From: Octopus vulgaris
Lineage: Eukaryota
Reading direction: 5' to 3'
NCBI GenBank assembly: GCA_951406725.2
Contig: OX597823.1
Location: forward strand, 38,812,001-38,876,000
DNA length: 64,000 nucleotides
Position 1 is the stretch's first letter, and every line of letters begins with the position of its first letter. Positions 62,830-64,000 of this stretch are shown one piece after another. The translations under genes and the position numbers were made by a program. The notes below the pieces were generated by a model. The model worked only from the letters and a program-made list of their open reading frames with translations. It searched no databases and was not told the origin of the DNA.

Positions 62830-64000
62830 TTAAAGAGCAACTCTCAGGGATATCTCAGGACTTTGCTGACATTTACATCAATAATCAAGAGGCAAGTATC
62901 AGAGAGCATTCAATGAAACAAGATTACAACCCACTTAACAATTTTGGGGATATATCCAAAAATTTCCCTATGAAAATTATTTTGACATCACAACTTCTGT
63001 TTTGTCACCTCTAAAAGTATACAGGCTTGTTTATAGATAATGAAAAGGAGAAGATAATAATTAATACTGAATCTAAGTGTTAATGTGTAAACCCAAAACT
63101 TGCAGAACAAAGTGAGTTGGCTCCTCATTGCTGAGGTCAGTAATTTAACAGAAAAGAGCCACCATTATTGTACACTAGATGTATTCTTTTGAACTTGAAA
63201 GAAAATAACAAGCAATCTAAGACAAATGTAAATAAAATAGATATGCATTGTCTCCCTAACAATCAAATCCCCATCATTCTTTTCCTCATACCACCATCCA
63301 TTGATATTCTTTCTCTTTTCTCTTCTTTCCTTTTTCACCTGCCAATGTTTTTTATTTGTTTTTGTTATTTCTTTCTCTGACATGGTTTTATCTGCTCCTT
63401 TAACTAACAAGATCAAACATTTCTTAAATAAACAAACAATGGGGAAACAGCTGAGTGTTATAAACATGCCCTGGAGGGTCAAGAGAACACAATTATTTCC
63501 TTGTCTAATGAATCATAATAGAAAAGACAAAACAACAACTACAAAACCTACCCCTTAATAATCTGACAAAATTACACACCATTGTTACAGATGAATAAGT
63601 ATTGGAAATGAGGGGGTGGAACAACTGGGGGTAGATGGAGGTGGACAGTAGCAAAATATAATAACAGGAGAGTAGTGAATGATTGTCTAGAAATCTCAGA
63701 AGCCATTTCTCAACAATACTACAAATATTGATTGTTATTAATGCCACAATACTAAAATATAGAGTAAATAGCTTCATGAAGCACTGCCTTCCATACTCCT
63801 CACGTTTGAAGTAAAAATATTTAGCAGATCATTATTATTACATTTGTATTATCATCAAGAGAGTCATACATGAGTAGAGTACCCCTTCTGCATCACTAGA
63901 CATCTTGTGCTTAATTTAGAAATCATCATCATCACTAGTAGTAGTAGTAGTAGTAGTGATATTGGAATTGCTCTTGTTATTATTTCTGCTTCTTTACATT

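Overview
AT-rich, repeat-dense eukaryotic DNA with no long ORF. The repeat repertoire looks like an octopus genome; this is my recognition of the SINE families, not a database result. Most of the window is transposon debris: at least five SINE-like families; RTE-clade LINE fragments (one with a PHD finger inside the RT region, one with a C-terminal C2H2 finger); a Dong/R4 LINE fragment; two mariner relics; a deleted Gypsy element; an 894-bp mini LTR element with both LTRs and a TSD; piggyBac-type MITEs; a Helitron helicase scrap; a Penelope-type repeat with a minimal hammerhead ribozyme; and many microsatellites. Between the repeats are short unique segments with minus-strand splice signals. 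These can be chained in frame and suggest the 3' end of a large, unidentified minus-strand gene, possibly with several alternative last exons. That model is tentative. Nearly all ORFs in the supplied track are microsatellite or repeat artefacts. Boundaries of degenerate repeats are approximate.
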